Part shown: positions 40,671 through 54,580 of the stretch, piece by piece
Numbering within the stretch: the stretch's first letter is position 1
Layout of the letters: the number at the start of each line of letters is the position of its first letter
NCBI GenBank assembly: GCA_951406725.2
Contig: OX597822.1
Span: 44,950,001 to 45,014,000, forward strand
Length of the DNA stretch: 64,000 nt
DNA from: Octopus vulgaris
Lineage: Eukaryota
Direction: 5' to 3'
Notes under the pieces: model-generated
The model's database searches: none
Seen by the model: only the letters and a program-made list of their open reading frames with translations
What the model was told of the DNA's origin: nothing
Program-made: the position numbers and the translations under genes

Positions 40671-40914
40671 TTGTTGTTGGTTTTTGTCGACGTTGTTGTT
40701 GTTGTTATCGTTGTTGTTGCTGCTTTTTAAGTCCGGTTCAGTTCAAATGTGTTCGAATAGTGACCATTCCTACATTTATTCAGCCATTTAAATATCACAT
40801 TTATTGAAGTCAATGTTTTTTTTTTAAATTGCTGTTGTCACTCTTCTCTTCGTTTTTCTTGTTTTTGTTCGTTTTCTTTCTTTTATTTTTGTTGCTATTG
40901 TTGTTAAGAAGTGT

Positions 40915-41215
40915 ATGCGCGTGGCTTAGCGGTTAGGACATTCGGCTCGCGATTGTAAGGTTGAGAATTCAATTTCCGGCAACGCCTTGTCTCCTTGAAC
41001 AAGACGCTTTATTTCACGTTGCTCCAATCCACTAAGCTGTATTTCGAAGGTGCAGCCTTGTGACATTCTGTGTCACGTTGAATCTCCCTGTGAACACCAT
41101 CAAGGGTACACGTGTCTGTGGAGTGTTCAGCCACATGAACGTTAAATTCACGAGCAGGCTATACCGTTGATCAGATCGACTGGACCCCATATCGTCGTAA
41201 GCGACGGAACGCCAG
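40915..41215 (+). mobile_element. SINE family A
   Basis: GCGCGTGGCTTAGCGGTTAGG head; body as at 580-950. Confidence 0.75.
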
Positions 41216-41844
41216 TTATATTAATGAACAGGTGATCAGTCCTGATCTAGCAACCTAAATTCAAAGACGGTGCTGTAGCTGCTCAACATTACTGCTGCTA
41301 CTAGTGTTCCGAATGTTGTTTCTGCTGTTGCTACTGTTGTCGTTGCTTAGCTGCAGAACAGCTGTGTTCTAGCAGACTTAAGATTAAGGAAGTTCCAACC
41401 TGGGCTTTTGACTCTCCTGTATTTGGTCCGGCTACACTTTCTCCATGGCTACTTTTTCCACTTTGCTGGTCCGCCTTTTGAGATAACAGAGTTTGTATTT
41501 TAGAGAGATGTGGCTGTTATTTCGAGCAAGTACAATGGCTGTGTAGAGATGGTCGTTGCCATTGTTGCTGTTTAACCCCAGGTCAGCACTTTTCCAGTTG
41601 ATCTTTGCTCACGCTGTCTTAGTCCCCGTAACAATACTCTCTTGTATTCCAACATATAAGTGGAATCGGTAGAATGTTGTCTAGAATACCTTGTGGTATT
41701 TGTTTTGAATATTTGCACTCCGAATTCAAATCTCACCGAGGTCGTCTTTCGCCATTTCATCTTTCAAATCCCGAGCGGCTGATTGGTAGAATTGTTCAGG
41801 TGTTGAACCTTTTCCAGCTCTGAGTGTTGACAACAAAACTTGTG

Positions 41845-43662
41845 ACGTCGACCCAAGACGGTAGCCTTTCTCTAATAGCCTTCCTCTTGTGAATCGGTCC
41901 AAGACGGTTGCCTTTCTCTTATATCTTTTCCTTACGAGTCGGCTCAAGACGGCGACCTTTCTATTGTGAGTCGGCCCAAGACAGTAACCTTTCTCTTGTA
42001 GCCTTTCTCTTGTGAGTCGACCTAAGACGGTAGACTTTCTCTTATAGCATTTTCTTGTGAGTCGGGCCAAGACGGCGACCTTTCTCTTGTGAGTCGGCCC
42101 AAGACAGTAGCCTTCACTTGTAACCTTCCTCTTGTGAGTCGGCCCAAGACGGTAGCCTTTCTCTTATGAGTCGGCCCAAGACAGTAGCCTTCACTTGTAA
42201 CCTTCCTCTTGTGAGTCGGCCCAAGACGGTAGCTTTTCTCTTGTGAGTCGGCCCAAGACGGTTGCCTTTCTCTTATAGCATTTCCTTGTGAGTCGACCCA
42301 AACGGTGGCTTTTCTCTTATGAGTCGGCCCAATGCAGTAAACATTCTCTTGTAAACTTCTTCTTGTGAGTCGGCCCAAGACGGCGACCTTTCTCTTGTGA
42401 GTCGGCCCAAGACAGTAGCCTTTCACTTGTAACCTTCCTCTTGTGAGTCGGCCCAAGACAGTAGCATTTCACTTGTAAACTTCCTCATGTGAGTCGGTCC
42501 AAGACGGTAGACTTTCTCTTATATCATTTCCTTGTGAATCGGCCCAAGTCGGCGACTTTCTCTTGTGAGTCGGTCCAAGACAGTAGCCTTTCTCTTGTAG
42601 CCTTCCTCTTGCGAGTAGGCCCAAGACGGTTGCCTTTCTCTTATATCATTTCCTTGTGAGTCGGCCCAAGACGGTAGCTTTTCTCCTGTGAGTCGGCCTA
42701 AGACAGTAGCCTTTCGCTTATAGCATTTCCTTGTGAGTCGGCACAAGACGGCAGCCTTTCTCTTGTGAGTTGACCTTTGATGATAACCTTTCTCTTATAG
42801 CATTTCCTTGGGAGTAGGCCAAAGACGGTAGCCTTTCACATGTGAATCGACCTAAGACGGTAGCATTTCTCTTATAGCATTTCCTTGTGAGTCGCCCCAA
42901 GACGGCAGCCTTTCTCTTGTGAGTCGGCCCAAGACAGTAACCTTTCTCTTGTAGCCTTTCTCTTGTGAGTCGGCCAAAGACTGCAGCCTTTCTCTTATAG
43001 CATTTTCTTGTAAGTCAGCCAAAGACGGCAGCCTTTCTCTTGTGAGTCGGCCTAAGACGGTAACCTTTCTCTTAAAGCATTTCCTTGTGAGTCAGCCAAA
43101 GACGGCAGCCTTTCTCTGGTGAGTCACCCTAAGACAGTAGCCTTTCTCTTATAGTATTTCCTTATGAGTAGGCCCAAGACAGTAGCCTTTCTCTTATATC
43201 ATTTCCTTGCGAGTCGGCCCAAGACGGCAGCCTTTCTCTTGTGAGTCGGCCTAAGACGGTAGCCTTTCTCTTTCCTTGTGAATCAGCCCAAGACGGCAGC
43301 CTTTCTGTTACCTCTAAGACGGTAGTCTTTCTCTTAGCTTGTGAATCGGCCCAAGACGGTAGCTTTTCACCCGTGAATCAACCAAAGACGGTAGCCTTTC
43401 TCTTATAGCATTTCCTTGTGAGTAGGTCCAAGACGGTAGCCTTTCTCTTATAGCATTTTTTTGTGAGTCGGCCCAAGACAGCAGCCTTTCTCTTGTGACG
43501 CTGGCTCAAGACAGTAGCATTTCTCTCGTAGCCTTTCTCTCGGGAGTCGGCCAAACACGGTAGACGTTCTCTTATAGCATTTCCTTGTGAGTCGGCCCAA
43601 GACGGTAACCTTTCTCTTGTAGTTTTCGCTAGTGAGTCGGCCCAATACAGTAGAATTTCTCT
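41845..43662. repeat. Minisatellite of 32-bp and 45/46-bp units
   Basis: Unit TTGTGAGTCGGCCCAAGACGG(T/C)AGCCTTTCTC, with or without a TTATAGCATTTCC or TTGTAGCCTTTCTC extension; roughly 45 units. Confidence 0.95.
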
Positions 43663-44389
43663 TTGATTAACGTCGGTAAATGAGGCGACTTATATACATA
43701 GTTAACAACCCGCTTTCCTTAAAATCCCTAGTCTCAACTTGCACGTCCATGTTCAGATGAATGGTTGATATTGAACAATGGAAATACTACATCCAATATA
43801 ACCTTTCATTTCCCCTTACCACTGTTAGATGTTATTTCAAAGAGATTTGGTTGATATTTCTAGCAGGTTTTGTGAACACTTACGGATTGTTGTTTCGTCC
43901 TATATCTATCCTACCTAAACAGATATACAATAAAAACAAAACACTTCCATTTGGGACCATCTTGTATATGTTTCTAGGCGTAGTCTATCTTGGACTAAAT
44001 TATGGAAAGTAACGTTTTATTTTGTAAAACAATGCGCTCTGATTTCAAGGAGATTTGGCTACTTTTTTAAGCAGGTCCTGCGAACAAATGCTGATAGTTG
44101 TTAAGTCCGATGTCTGTCCTAAGTAAACAGAACTATGATTATAAAGCGTTTGTGTTTAGGACAAGGCATAGTATATCTAGTGAAAAAGTTATTGAACGTA
44201 ACTCTTTTGTAAGACAATATACATATATCGGTCAGATTTGATTGCTATTTCTAGCAAACCTATCACCGACACGATGCAGGATCCTTCTTTACAGTTTCTT
44301 CCATTAAGCTGATACTCGATTTCAGATGTATTTCGCTACGTTAAGTTTTGTATGTTTGCCGCTTTCTAAGGAAAACAAACACACACACA

Positions 44390-44422
<33 letters not shown>

Positions 44423-44444
44423 GGCTTACGGTCAATATTCAAGC

Positions 44445-44840
44445 AAGCTGACAGAAACGTTAGCACGCCAGGCAAAATGCTTAGCGGTATTTCATCTGTC
44501 GTTACGTTCTGAGTTCAAATTCCGCCGAGGTCGACTTTCCCTTTCATCCTTTCGGGGTCGATTAAATAAGTACCATTTACACAGTTGGGTCGATATAATC
44601 GACTTAATCCCTTTGTCTGTCCTTGTTTGTCCTCTCTGCGTTTAGCCCCTTCTGAGTAGTAAAGAAATAGGTATTTCGTCTCTCCCTATATTCTGAGTTC
44701 AAATTCCGCCGAGGTCGACTTTACCTTTCATCCTTTCGGGGTCAGTAAATTAAGTAACAGTTGTTTACTGGGGTTGATCTAATCGACTGGCACCCCTTCC
44801 CCAAAAATTTCGGGCCTTGCGCCTCGGGTAGAAAAGAATA
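44445..44840 (+). mobile_element. SINE family B dimer, first unit with a Tx1-like tail
   Basis: Tail TTTGTCCTCTCTGCGTTTAGCCCCTTCTGAGTAGTAAAGAAATA is joined to GGTATTTCG at 44670. Confidence 0.85.
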
Positions 44841-46615
44841 TTCTAGCTTTTTACGTTCTGAGTACAGTCGAAGTCAGATTTGCCCCTTAGCCTTACGAAG
44901 TCGACATAAAAAATCTCCAGTCATGAACTGGTGACAGATGTAATTGACTACTCCTCCGCTAAGATTTCTGGCCTTGTGCCAAAATTTGAAACCGTCATTA
45001 TTAGTAAGCTGGTTAACCATTTTTATTAGTAAACATTTCCTAGTTTATTCGTGGATTTTTTAAGATATTTTAAATTTGCGCATAGGTGCAGGCCTGGTTG
45101 TGCGGTAAGAAGTTTTCTTACCAACAATATGGTTCCAGGTTTAGTCCCACTGCACGGAATTTTGAACAAGTGTCCTCTACTATAGCATCGGGCTGACAAC
45201 TTTTTGAGTGGATATAGAAAACTGAACTTGAAAGAAGCCCGTCGTGTGTGTGTGTGTGTATATATATATGTATATATATACGTGTGCATGTGTGTGCGTG
45301 TGTGTGTGTGTGTCTGTGTGTCAGTGTTTCCCTCGGCCACCGTGTGACAACTGGGGTTGGTGTGTTTACGTCCTTTTTACTTGGTGGTTCAGCAAAGGAT
45401 ACCGATAGAATAAGTACGGCGCTTTAGAAAAATATAAGTACCGGGGTCGATTCGTTTGACTGAAATATTCCTCAAGGCCCTGCCCCAGTATGGTCGGTTT
45501 CTAATGATTGAAATAAATAAAAGATGAAAGATAAAGCGTTTTGAAGAGTAAAAAAAATAATAAGCCAGGCAAATTGATTATGAGCAAACCAAATGTTTAT
45601 TACGGAGTATTTTAGTTATCATATTTAACACGGAAATGTTTAATGCAAAATATACGAGAAGCGGGTGTTTGAATTTAGTACGAGATTCTTTAAGATTAAT
45701 TGTCCGATAATGGTCAAAGAAGAATTGGATAATTATGTCGCTTACTCAGCGAAGCCTCATCTCGGCCTGAGGCAAAAAATGATAAAGAGTAGTTTAACGT
45801 CCGATGATCAGTAATGGTCTTATGGATGTAGTGATTTCTTAGCGACAACAGATGAAACCTATTTAGTCATCATTCTGTGGTGGTCAACGTAGATGTGGGT
45901 GAGGTATGTGCTGCATCTTTGACACCCTGGAGTGGGTGTGTGAGAGATTTCTACATGGACAAGAAACATATTCTAAGGTGACCTATCGGGATAATCCGGG
46001 TGAGGAGTGGGTGTCAATGGTTTGAAATTCATCAAAAGTGCATATATTCTATAACAATATAAAATATAGTTTTTTTTTCTCTTAATGCGTTCTTCAAGCT
46101 TTTTCAGTATTTCTTGGAAGTAGAATAGATACTTCAGAGATCCGGATGAGTAAGGTTTCTGCCCAGTCAAGTACACTCCATTAAATATTGGATGAGATGT
46201 TGCTCTGCTAACAGAGACTGCAAGTCAAGCTGGACAAGTCGGTAGAGCTTTCACTGTGATCACATCTCAAGGAGCACATGTACTGCGAGTTTGTTCTCTT
46301 GTAGTCGTTACAAGTCGTGCCTGTGTACTGTCTTGTAATAACATGGGGCGGTGTGGGAGCGGCTGTATAAAGAAAGGCTGTGGAGCGACAGCGTCGTCCT
46401 AAGGGGAATTTGCTAGGCTTCCGAAAGTTGCAGATGAGAATACGGAATGAGAAGTGTGCAGATGGTTTCAGTTGTAGCGTGCGATGTTGCCTAAGCATAA
46501 ATAACTGACCTTAACATTATGAGAGTTAAAACGATTATGGTGTGTATGGATCCGCGGCAGTGTTGCCTCAGTTCAGAAAACTTCTGAATATATTAGTAAA
46601 AAAATCAATTATGTG

Positions 46616-46653
<38 letters not shown>

Positions 46654-46889
46654 TATACACACACAAACACATACACACACATACACACACACACACAGAC
46701 ACATGCACATATATATGTATGTATGTGTATGTATATTGAGAGGGAAGAGAGGGAGAGATATCCGTATGTTAGTATTATTCTCACAGACACAGACACACGT
46801 ATACGTATATTTATACCCACACGCAAACTTTCAAATGTCTCTCTTTCCCTCTATCTCAATATATGTGTGTGACTGATTATGTATAATAT

Positions 46890-46920
<31 letters not shown>

Positions 46921-48661
46921 CATATATATACACACATATAAATACCCACACATACACACATATGTATATATATATACACACACATACACTGACAGGCATA
47001 CATACATACATTCCTACATATATACATACGTTGATATCTACAATCTCAAGTTATAAGAATGAAACAAGAAGTCTTTATTGCACCTCCTTATCTACCGGGA
47101 GAATTAAATGGCGGATATTTCAAGTATTCAACCACTCAAACTTTGGCACCGCACAAACCAGCACTAACACCATCACCAATAACACAAACAATATCTACTC
47201 ACGCAGCCATATCTCTACGCCACACCTCGCGCCTCTAATAGAATCACAGCAAGATCAATGCCCAATTTTAAGTTATAATCTACTTTCCTATAAACGACAA
47301 CGTTCTCAATCAAATATAATGGCGTGTCTATCTCGTTGCATTGTTTTCCCGCCACAAGCTGTTAGCAAACCGCAAACACCATAGTCATTAGCGAGCCGGT
47401 GGTTGTCACATACTTACATACACACGTACACACTCACACACATACGACAGAAATATATGTACATATTGAGATGTGTCTGTGCGCGCGCGGGAGTGTGTGT
47501 GTCTCTGTGTGTCTGTGTACACAGACAAAAAGACACAAATATACGTATATATCTATATATTTTTAAAGAATTAGCCCTTACTATTTGAGTGAGTATGCAT
47601 ATATATGTGTGTGAGTGGTCGTGCGTGTATATATATATATATATATATACAAACACACACACACACAAATACGTACATATGTGTGGGCACCTGTGTACTT
47701 ATGTAAAGACGCAAATATATATATATGAATCTATATATATATATGTATGTATGTATATATATATATGTATATACATATATATATATATACATATATATAT
47801 ACACATATATATATATACATATATATATACATATATATATATACATATATACATAAATATACAAATTGGTATGTGTGTGTATGTATGTATGCATGTAATG
47901 TATATATGCGTGTATGCAAAAGTATGCACTGACACACGACACTAAGATTCTGTAAACACCCCACTTACCTTTCCGCCCTTCCTTGCTCCCTTTCGTCCCC
48001 TCCTCCCGCCATTCTCTCTGCCTTTCCACTCTCCTCTCTTTGTTTTCTTTTTCTCGTTTTTCTTTCGTTCTTTCTGTCGTTCTCACTGTCTTTTTCTCCT
48101 TCCCTCCCCCTCCCTCTCTGTCACTGTCTCTCTCTCACTATCTCTCTCTTCCCGTATATCTCTCTTGATCTCTTTCTCTCTCTTTTTTGGTGCATGACTT
48201 TTTATTCCTCTCTCTCGCTTGTGTCTCCTCATAGAATTTTCCCACTTAACCAACAACACTAACAACCGTCACAATACGACCACGACCACCACTACCTACA
48301 ACAACAACAACCACAACTTAGCCAAGATTCCATTAAAACCTATAGTTTCGCCACTGTCCATTTATTGGTCAATTAATAGTTGACATTGCCTAAAAGGGTG
48401 TCCGCCACTAATACTAAGAACTCCTCTGTTTTCCTTCTTTTCCTTTCTTTCTTTCTTTCTTTGTTTCTTTCGTTCCTTCGTTCTTTCTTTGTGTCTCTCT
48501 TTTGTACCGTCTCCATTTTCCCTTTCTCTCCCACATTCCTGATATATCATTTATCTTCGTCGTCCTGTTTCTCGAGAGAGCGAGAACAACACATTTACAT
48601 ACCTATCCACGTAGATACATATATAATTACATATGTACATACACACGTAATGTACACACAC

Positions 48662-48720
<59 letters not shown>

Positions 48721-48884
48721 GAGGGGCTGTAGATATACGTATGAATGAATGTAGGTATATATGTGTATATGTCTATGTATACACACAAACTCATATATAT
48801 ATATACATATGTATGTATATATATGTATATATATATATTAATATATATGTATATGTATGTATGTATGTATATAAGTATATATAC

Positions 48885-49430
48885 CTCAGTCTGTATATGT
48901 ACTTTTCTGATAGGTCAAACTATATATCTTACTGGTTAAGGTACATACCTTAGCAGAATGTTACTACCAGTTTCGTGGTGAGTATTAAAAGAGACGATAT
49001 TGAGGACTCTTCAGAGATGCTAACCGCAAGCACACATGCTCTTTGACACTGTAGGTACAATAACAGTTAATTGATTATGCGGTAGTAAAAGAGTGGGACA
49101 AAACTGTGAAAGGTATGTTGTCGGTGTGAAACGGGGAAGAATTAATGGTAGTTTAGATAGAAGAAAGATTAAAGGAAGTGTTTATTCCTCAGCAGGAACC
49201 TTGGGTTAAGTGTGTGTGTCATTTCGTAATTTATAAAGTGACATCACCATAATATATTTACGTTCATGAGGGCAGTATCCGCGAATGTCTTTAAGTACAC
49301 GGATCGTGTGAAATACATAGAATGATAATACTCTCCGCATGCAGAGTCCCCATGCATTTACTACCTCAATAAAGATCAATCAAGCAACCTCCAGTTCATG
49401 TTATATGATGTTACCATATATAGGAATGCC
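48885..49430 (-). mobile_element. Degraded PLE 3' end
   Basis: Minus peptides YNMNWRLLD, GSKC..LCMR and KDIRGYCPHERKY resemble the PLE endonuclease C-terminus (W.IL...C.LC..E...C.H..K); a hammerhead follows downstream. Confidence 0.55.
48950..49023 (-). ncRNA. Type I hammerhead motif
   Basis: Minus: TTAGCATCT-CTGAAGA-GT...AC-GAAA-CTGGTAG-TA-ACATTCTGCTAA; distal stem I TTAGCA/TGCTAA. Confidence 0.65.
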
Positions 49431-49485
49431 ATCCATACGTGGCTGAATCTGTGATATTATGGAATTTGAAAGAAGGGCAGTGACA

Positions 49486-49537
<52 letters not shown>

Positions 49538-49863
49538 GGGGAAGTATGTGTGTGTATGTATGATATGTATTTATATATGCAGGCATTCATATGTTGCGCA
49601 GTTGCATGCTCTAGCAGTTACGGGACGGCGCGTTGTGTACTTGACAAAGCATCACGTTTCACGATGTTCTGCGATCAATTGGATAGGTGATGAGTGACAC
49701 GCCGCGCACTTGTTCAAGTAGAGTTGATTTGATGACACGGGTGAGCTTATGTGAACACAAACATTTGTTCAATATGACTTTTGTAAGTTGTTCAGCAAGA
49801 AAAAGCAGCACGTTTTCTCTGACAATGAGAGACGACTATCGTATCAATCCATCTATCTTTCTT

Positions 49864-49939
<76 letters not shown>

Positions 49940-49962
49940 ACTAACTAACTATCTATCTATCT

Positions 49963-50011
49963 GTAGGGTGGTCACTCTCGCCCGGCAATGGGCCGAGAGG
50001 AAACTGTCCCT
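49963..50011 (+). mobile_element. ~48-bp Tx1 RT fragment directly after (CTAT)n
   Basis: GTAGGGTGGTCACTCTCGCCCGGCAATGGGCCGAGAGGAAACTGTCCCT matches the reverse complement of 28161-28209 with 2 mismatches. Confidence 0.85.
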
Positions 50012-50188
50012 ATATATACATACATATATATATACGATTGATTTCTTTCAATTTCTGTCAACAGAATCCACTGACAAGGCTTTGGTTGGTCTGAGGCTAT
50101 AGCAGAACACACATGCCAAGTCACCACACTGTGGGACTGAACTAAGGACCATGTGTTTTGGAAAGAAGTTGTTACCACACAGCCACAC

Positions 50189-50241
<53 letters not shown>

Positions 50242-50479
50242 TGTGTGTATGGGTGTATATATGTATGCATGTAAGTATGTGAATATATATGTGTACATAT
50301 TACATGTACATCTATATATATATATACATCTACACATATACATGTATACATGTACATTTATATGTATAGAAATAAATGTATACATATACAGCTATACACA
50401 CATACACACACACATACATAGGTGCAGGCGTGGCTGTGTGGTAACAAACTTCGTTCCAAAACACATGGTCCTGGGTTTA

Positions 50480-50915
50480 AATTTAAATTTCTAATAATAA
50501 GGGTGAGAAATTGAATATTAATTTGATTAATATGAATTGAAAACCAGTGGTGTAGCATACAAGACCATAGCGGATCTTCTTCTAGCAAAATGGATGTCCA
50601 CTGTTAATGGTTCATCCCTCTTATATAATAGTTTGACTTTAATAGTTTCAGTATTAAAATGAAAGTATCTGACATTACAATAGAGAGATGTTTTTGTTTC
50701 ACTTTTAACACGTAATACTGAAATAGTGGAGAAGATATGATATGGCTGTAGGCTCTCCCTAGGCAAGAAGTTGAAAATTCTTTTGCTCATGACACTACAT
50801 GGACCCTAAGTAAGGCATGTGTAAAATCTGAATGAAATTGGTTGTGTAGTTCTCAAGTTTTAGGGATTCACACAGACAGATAGACAGACACATTCTCAGT
50901 TTTATATATATAGAT
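50480..50915 (+). mobile_element. Helitron-like non-autonomous 3' portion
   Basis: Ends ...AAATTGGTTGTGTAGTTCTC...(CAGA)n...CAGTTTTATATATATAGAT, a Lep1/Helitron-N-style terminus. Confidence 0.5.
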
Positions 50916-51137
50916 ATGTATGAATGCATGTATGTATGTATGTATGTATGTATGTATGTATGTATGTATGTATGTATGTATATATGAAGTCATCCTGGAA
51001 TCCAGAGAAGTCACATCTAGGCAATATCGGCGGGAAATCATTCGCCTGAAAGGATCTCTCAATTATACACAAAATGTATTCATACATGACAGTAACCACA
51101 TAGCTGTACTCCATATACTTAAACTCTCTCTCTCTCT

Positions 51138-51175
<38 letters not shown>

Positions 51176-51223
51176 AAGCTTAGCCAATCAAATATTCATA
51201 CAGCAGACATATATATATATATA

Positions 51224-51262
<39 letters not shown>

Positions 51263-51304
51263 GTGTGTGTGAGTTTGTGTATATATATATATATATATAT
51301 ATAT

Positions 51305-52012
51305 GGAGCTTACGGTATTATGCTATCTAATAATTTCCTGATTATTCTGGCCATGCCCAGGTGGCAGACCTTTTGTAACAGTTGTACTGGGCACTCTATT
51401 CCAATTTCCTTTATATTCCCCTTGATGCCTTCTGATACTGTTCCCAAGGATCCAACAATAATTGGCATCACCATCACTTTCTTCATTTTCCATAGCCAGG
51501 CTATCTCGTACTTAACAGGGTTGTATATTCATCTATATTTTCGCCTTCCCTCTTCACTATTCGTGGGTCAAAATCGCATGCAACGTCAACTGTATAGCAT
51601 ACGTGGTGCACCTTGCCCACCACCATACGGTACGGTCTGTTATGCACTTGATCTGTTTAGATTGGGAAATCCCAGAGGATTTTGCTAGTCTCTGACTCCA
51701 CCACTCACTGCGGTTTGTGCTCATACCACGCTTTGTCTCTCTCTGGCCCTCACATTTCACACAATATCCAATGTAGCACTTTCGCTACCTGGTCGTGTCA
51801 CCGAAACTTGTAGTGATTTTGAGCATGTCTAGGACATTCGTTCTTGACATGGGCAATGGTTTTACCCACTCACACAGCGGAGACACTTGCTCATTCTGAA
51901 GATTGACCATCCAGTTCGTGGCCGAATCTTGATCTTGTGCTGCCAGTATTGTGCTCTCGGTCACATTTTTTAGTTTTTCTTTCATTTGTCCATCTCACCT
52001 ATTTTCCCAGCA
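51305..52012 (-). pseudogene. R4/Dong-like REL-endonuclease LINE 3' fragment
   Basis: ESTILAAQDQ, CCHC remnant with RHD, WDFPI.TD, IARLWKMKKVMVMPIIVGSLGTV and GMARIIRKLL; 5' end abuts (ATT)n. Confidence 0.75.
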
Positions 52013-52035
52013 AATTATTATTATTATTGTTATTA

Positions 52036-52094
<59 letters not shown>

Positions 52095-52095
<1 letters not shown>

Positions 52096-52471
52096 TATGT
52101 TTGACTTTTGCTTTATATTTGTACAAGTTGGCTCCAAGTCTCACCCAGAGACCTCAAGAGACAACAGGGTTGAAAGTTCAAGTTGTTGTTATGCCTAGTG
52201 TGCCATATATTTGGGGGGTGGGGATGTTGTACTAATGAATGTCTAAAAAAAAAGGTTTTTTTTTTTTTTTTAAACCGAAAATTATGTTTGTTTTAAACCT
52301 TGAGATTACATAGAGAGTATTTTGCGTAGGATATGAGCAGTTCCCATGAGCACTATCTTTTGAACTTCTGCCATTTTGGGGTTTCCTGGTATCTGAGTTA
52401 GGTAGCTATCAGCCCCTTTTGCTATCATTCCCAGGGCACCTATGACAACAGGTATTGTTTTAGTCTTCAGC

Positions 52472-52472
<1 letters not shown>
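52095..52472 (-). mobile_element. R4/Dong-like LINE 3' end within (TAA)n
   Basis: KTIPVVIGALGMI...QKIVLMGTAHILRKILSM* plus 3'UTR; ATT arrays on both sides. Confidence 0.85.
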
Positions 52473-52543
<71 letters not shown>

Positions 52544-52710
52544 GAGTGAGATAATTTATTGCAGTGCAAGTGTAATAGATTAACATGAAACCAGGGTGTA
52601 AGACTGGTTTGGGATGTGGCTCGTTATGGAATTTGAATATGAGTGAGTATAACTGTAGACAGCAAAACTATTCAACGACCATCAAGTGACTTTGAAATAT
52701 TTATTATTAA

Positions 52711-52783
<73 letters not shown>

Positions 52784-53341
52784 GAGTGAGAGAGCAGTGC
52801 ATGTCATCAAAGTGACACTGGGGTAAAATATACGAAGCCCAGTATACCCATCATGACTACCCGTCTGATAAGGGTACACCAGGCACATGCATCACAACCA
52901 TATGTGCGCGACATGGTGATCTCATATCAAAATAAACAGCACATGACCTTGCAGGTGGGGTCCAGTTAGAATTTTCTTCTGGTCGAGAAACCCATCCCAC
53001 TCAAAAGGTCCCTGAATAAAGGTTGTTTAAGGATGTTGAACGAAACACCCATGTTTCCAGAGATGAATTACTCAAATCCCAAAGAATCCCTCTCAACACA
53101 TGGCTATGATGCTCCCCCACTACCTCTGCTCATGATCAGAGATGCACATATCATCAGCCACTAAGGGACATGATCAACTGATTATGGTCAAACAACTGAC
53201 AAGCAGTTCTGTGGTATTGAGCAGAATATTTGCTGTAGCCCATCTTTTATACCAAGACAAAACAACGTACACGATGACACTTCCAACCAGTTAAGATGAG
53301 AAGCCATGGGAGCCACTACCTGGTACTGCATCAGCGCATTT
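52784..53341 (-). mobile_element. (TAA)n-inserted retroelement 3' segment
   Basis: Longer copy of 31838-32301, flanked by ATT arrays. Confidence 0.8.
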
Positions 53342-53344
53342 ATA

Positions 53345-53376
<32 letters not shown>

Positions 53377-53378
53377 TA

Positions 53379-53424
<46 letters not shown>

Positions 53425-53441
53425 CATCATCATCATCATCA

Positions 53442-53505
<64 letters not shown>

Positions 53506-53507
53506 TA

Positions 53508-53645
53508 AGGCGGCGAGCTGGCAGAATCGTTAGCACGCTGGACGAAATGCTTAGCAATATTTCGCTCCTCGCGAGGTACTGAGTTCAAATTACGCCGAGG
53601 TAGACTTTGGCTTTCATCCTTTCAGGGTCAATAAATTGAGTACAA
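53508..53645 (+). mobile_element. SINE family B, 5' part
   Basis: AAGGCGGCGAGCTGGCAGAATCGTTAGC...GAGTTCAAAT. Confidence 0.8.
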
Positions 53646-53712
53646 GTTCAGACTCTGTGTCTATAATAGAAAGGATTATTATTAGTATTATTATTGTTGT
53701 TATTATTATTAT

Positions 53713-53782
<70 letters not shown>

Positions 53783-54059
53783 TGCAGCAGCAGCAGCAGA
53801 AGCAACAGAAATAGTATTAGTAGTGGGAGTATTATGAATAGTAGTGGTAGCAGAGATTGCAAATATTATTATTGTTATTATTGATGTTGGTGTCTATCCT
53901 AATGGTCGTTTTGTCGGCGTTGTAATAGTTGCTGTCGATAATGATGATGATGATGATGATGATGATAATGATAATTTCTTCAATATTATTCATTTTTTAG
54001 CGTTTTATTATATGAATTTTCATCTCACTTGCTACCTGCTACCATTAGCTTCATGCTAA

Positions 54060-54580
54060 TCACTGCCACCGTCATCACCATCGTCATCATCATCAAAAAA
54101 TTCCCTATCATCAGCAGCATCAACATCACCACCACCAGAAGCACCATCATCACCGACACCCTCATGCTCGTCACGACCTCCACCACCACCACCATCATCA
54201 TCATCACCACCACCATCATTGCTGTCGTCATCATCATTATCATCATCATCATCATCATCATTAACATCATCAGCGTCATCATGATCATCATCATCGTCAT
54301 TATCATCATAAACATCATCATCATCAATAATACCATCATCGGCATCAGTAGCAGTGTAATCTTTACCATCACCACCATCACCACCATCACCACCATCACC
54401 ACCTCAGCCATCATCACCACCATCACCACCTCAGCCATCATCACCACCATCACCACCAACACCTATGCCATCGTCATCATCATGATCGTGACCACCATCA
54501 TCATCACCAACCTCGTCATCATCATCTTTATCACCACCATCATCATCATTACCATCATCATCATTGTCATCGTCGACGCC
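54060..54580. repeat. Degenerate (CAT/CAC)n array
   Basis: Direct inspection. Confidence 0.9.

Noticed and set aside
41845-43662. CRISPR-like appearance of the 32-bp repeats
   Set aside because: No unique spacers, units are contiguous and degenerate, no cas genes, and the context is eukaryotic.
45795-45875. CCGATGA...GAAAC hammerhead-like spacing
   Set aside because: The core is mutated and stems I and II do not pair convincingly.
46208-46498. 96-aa minus-strand ORF
   Set aside because: No recognisable domain, and its length is compatible with chance.
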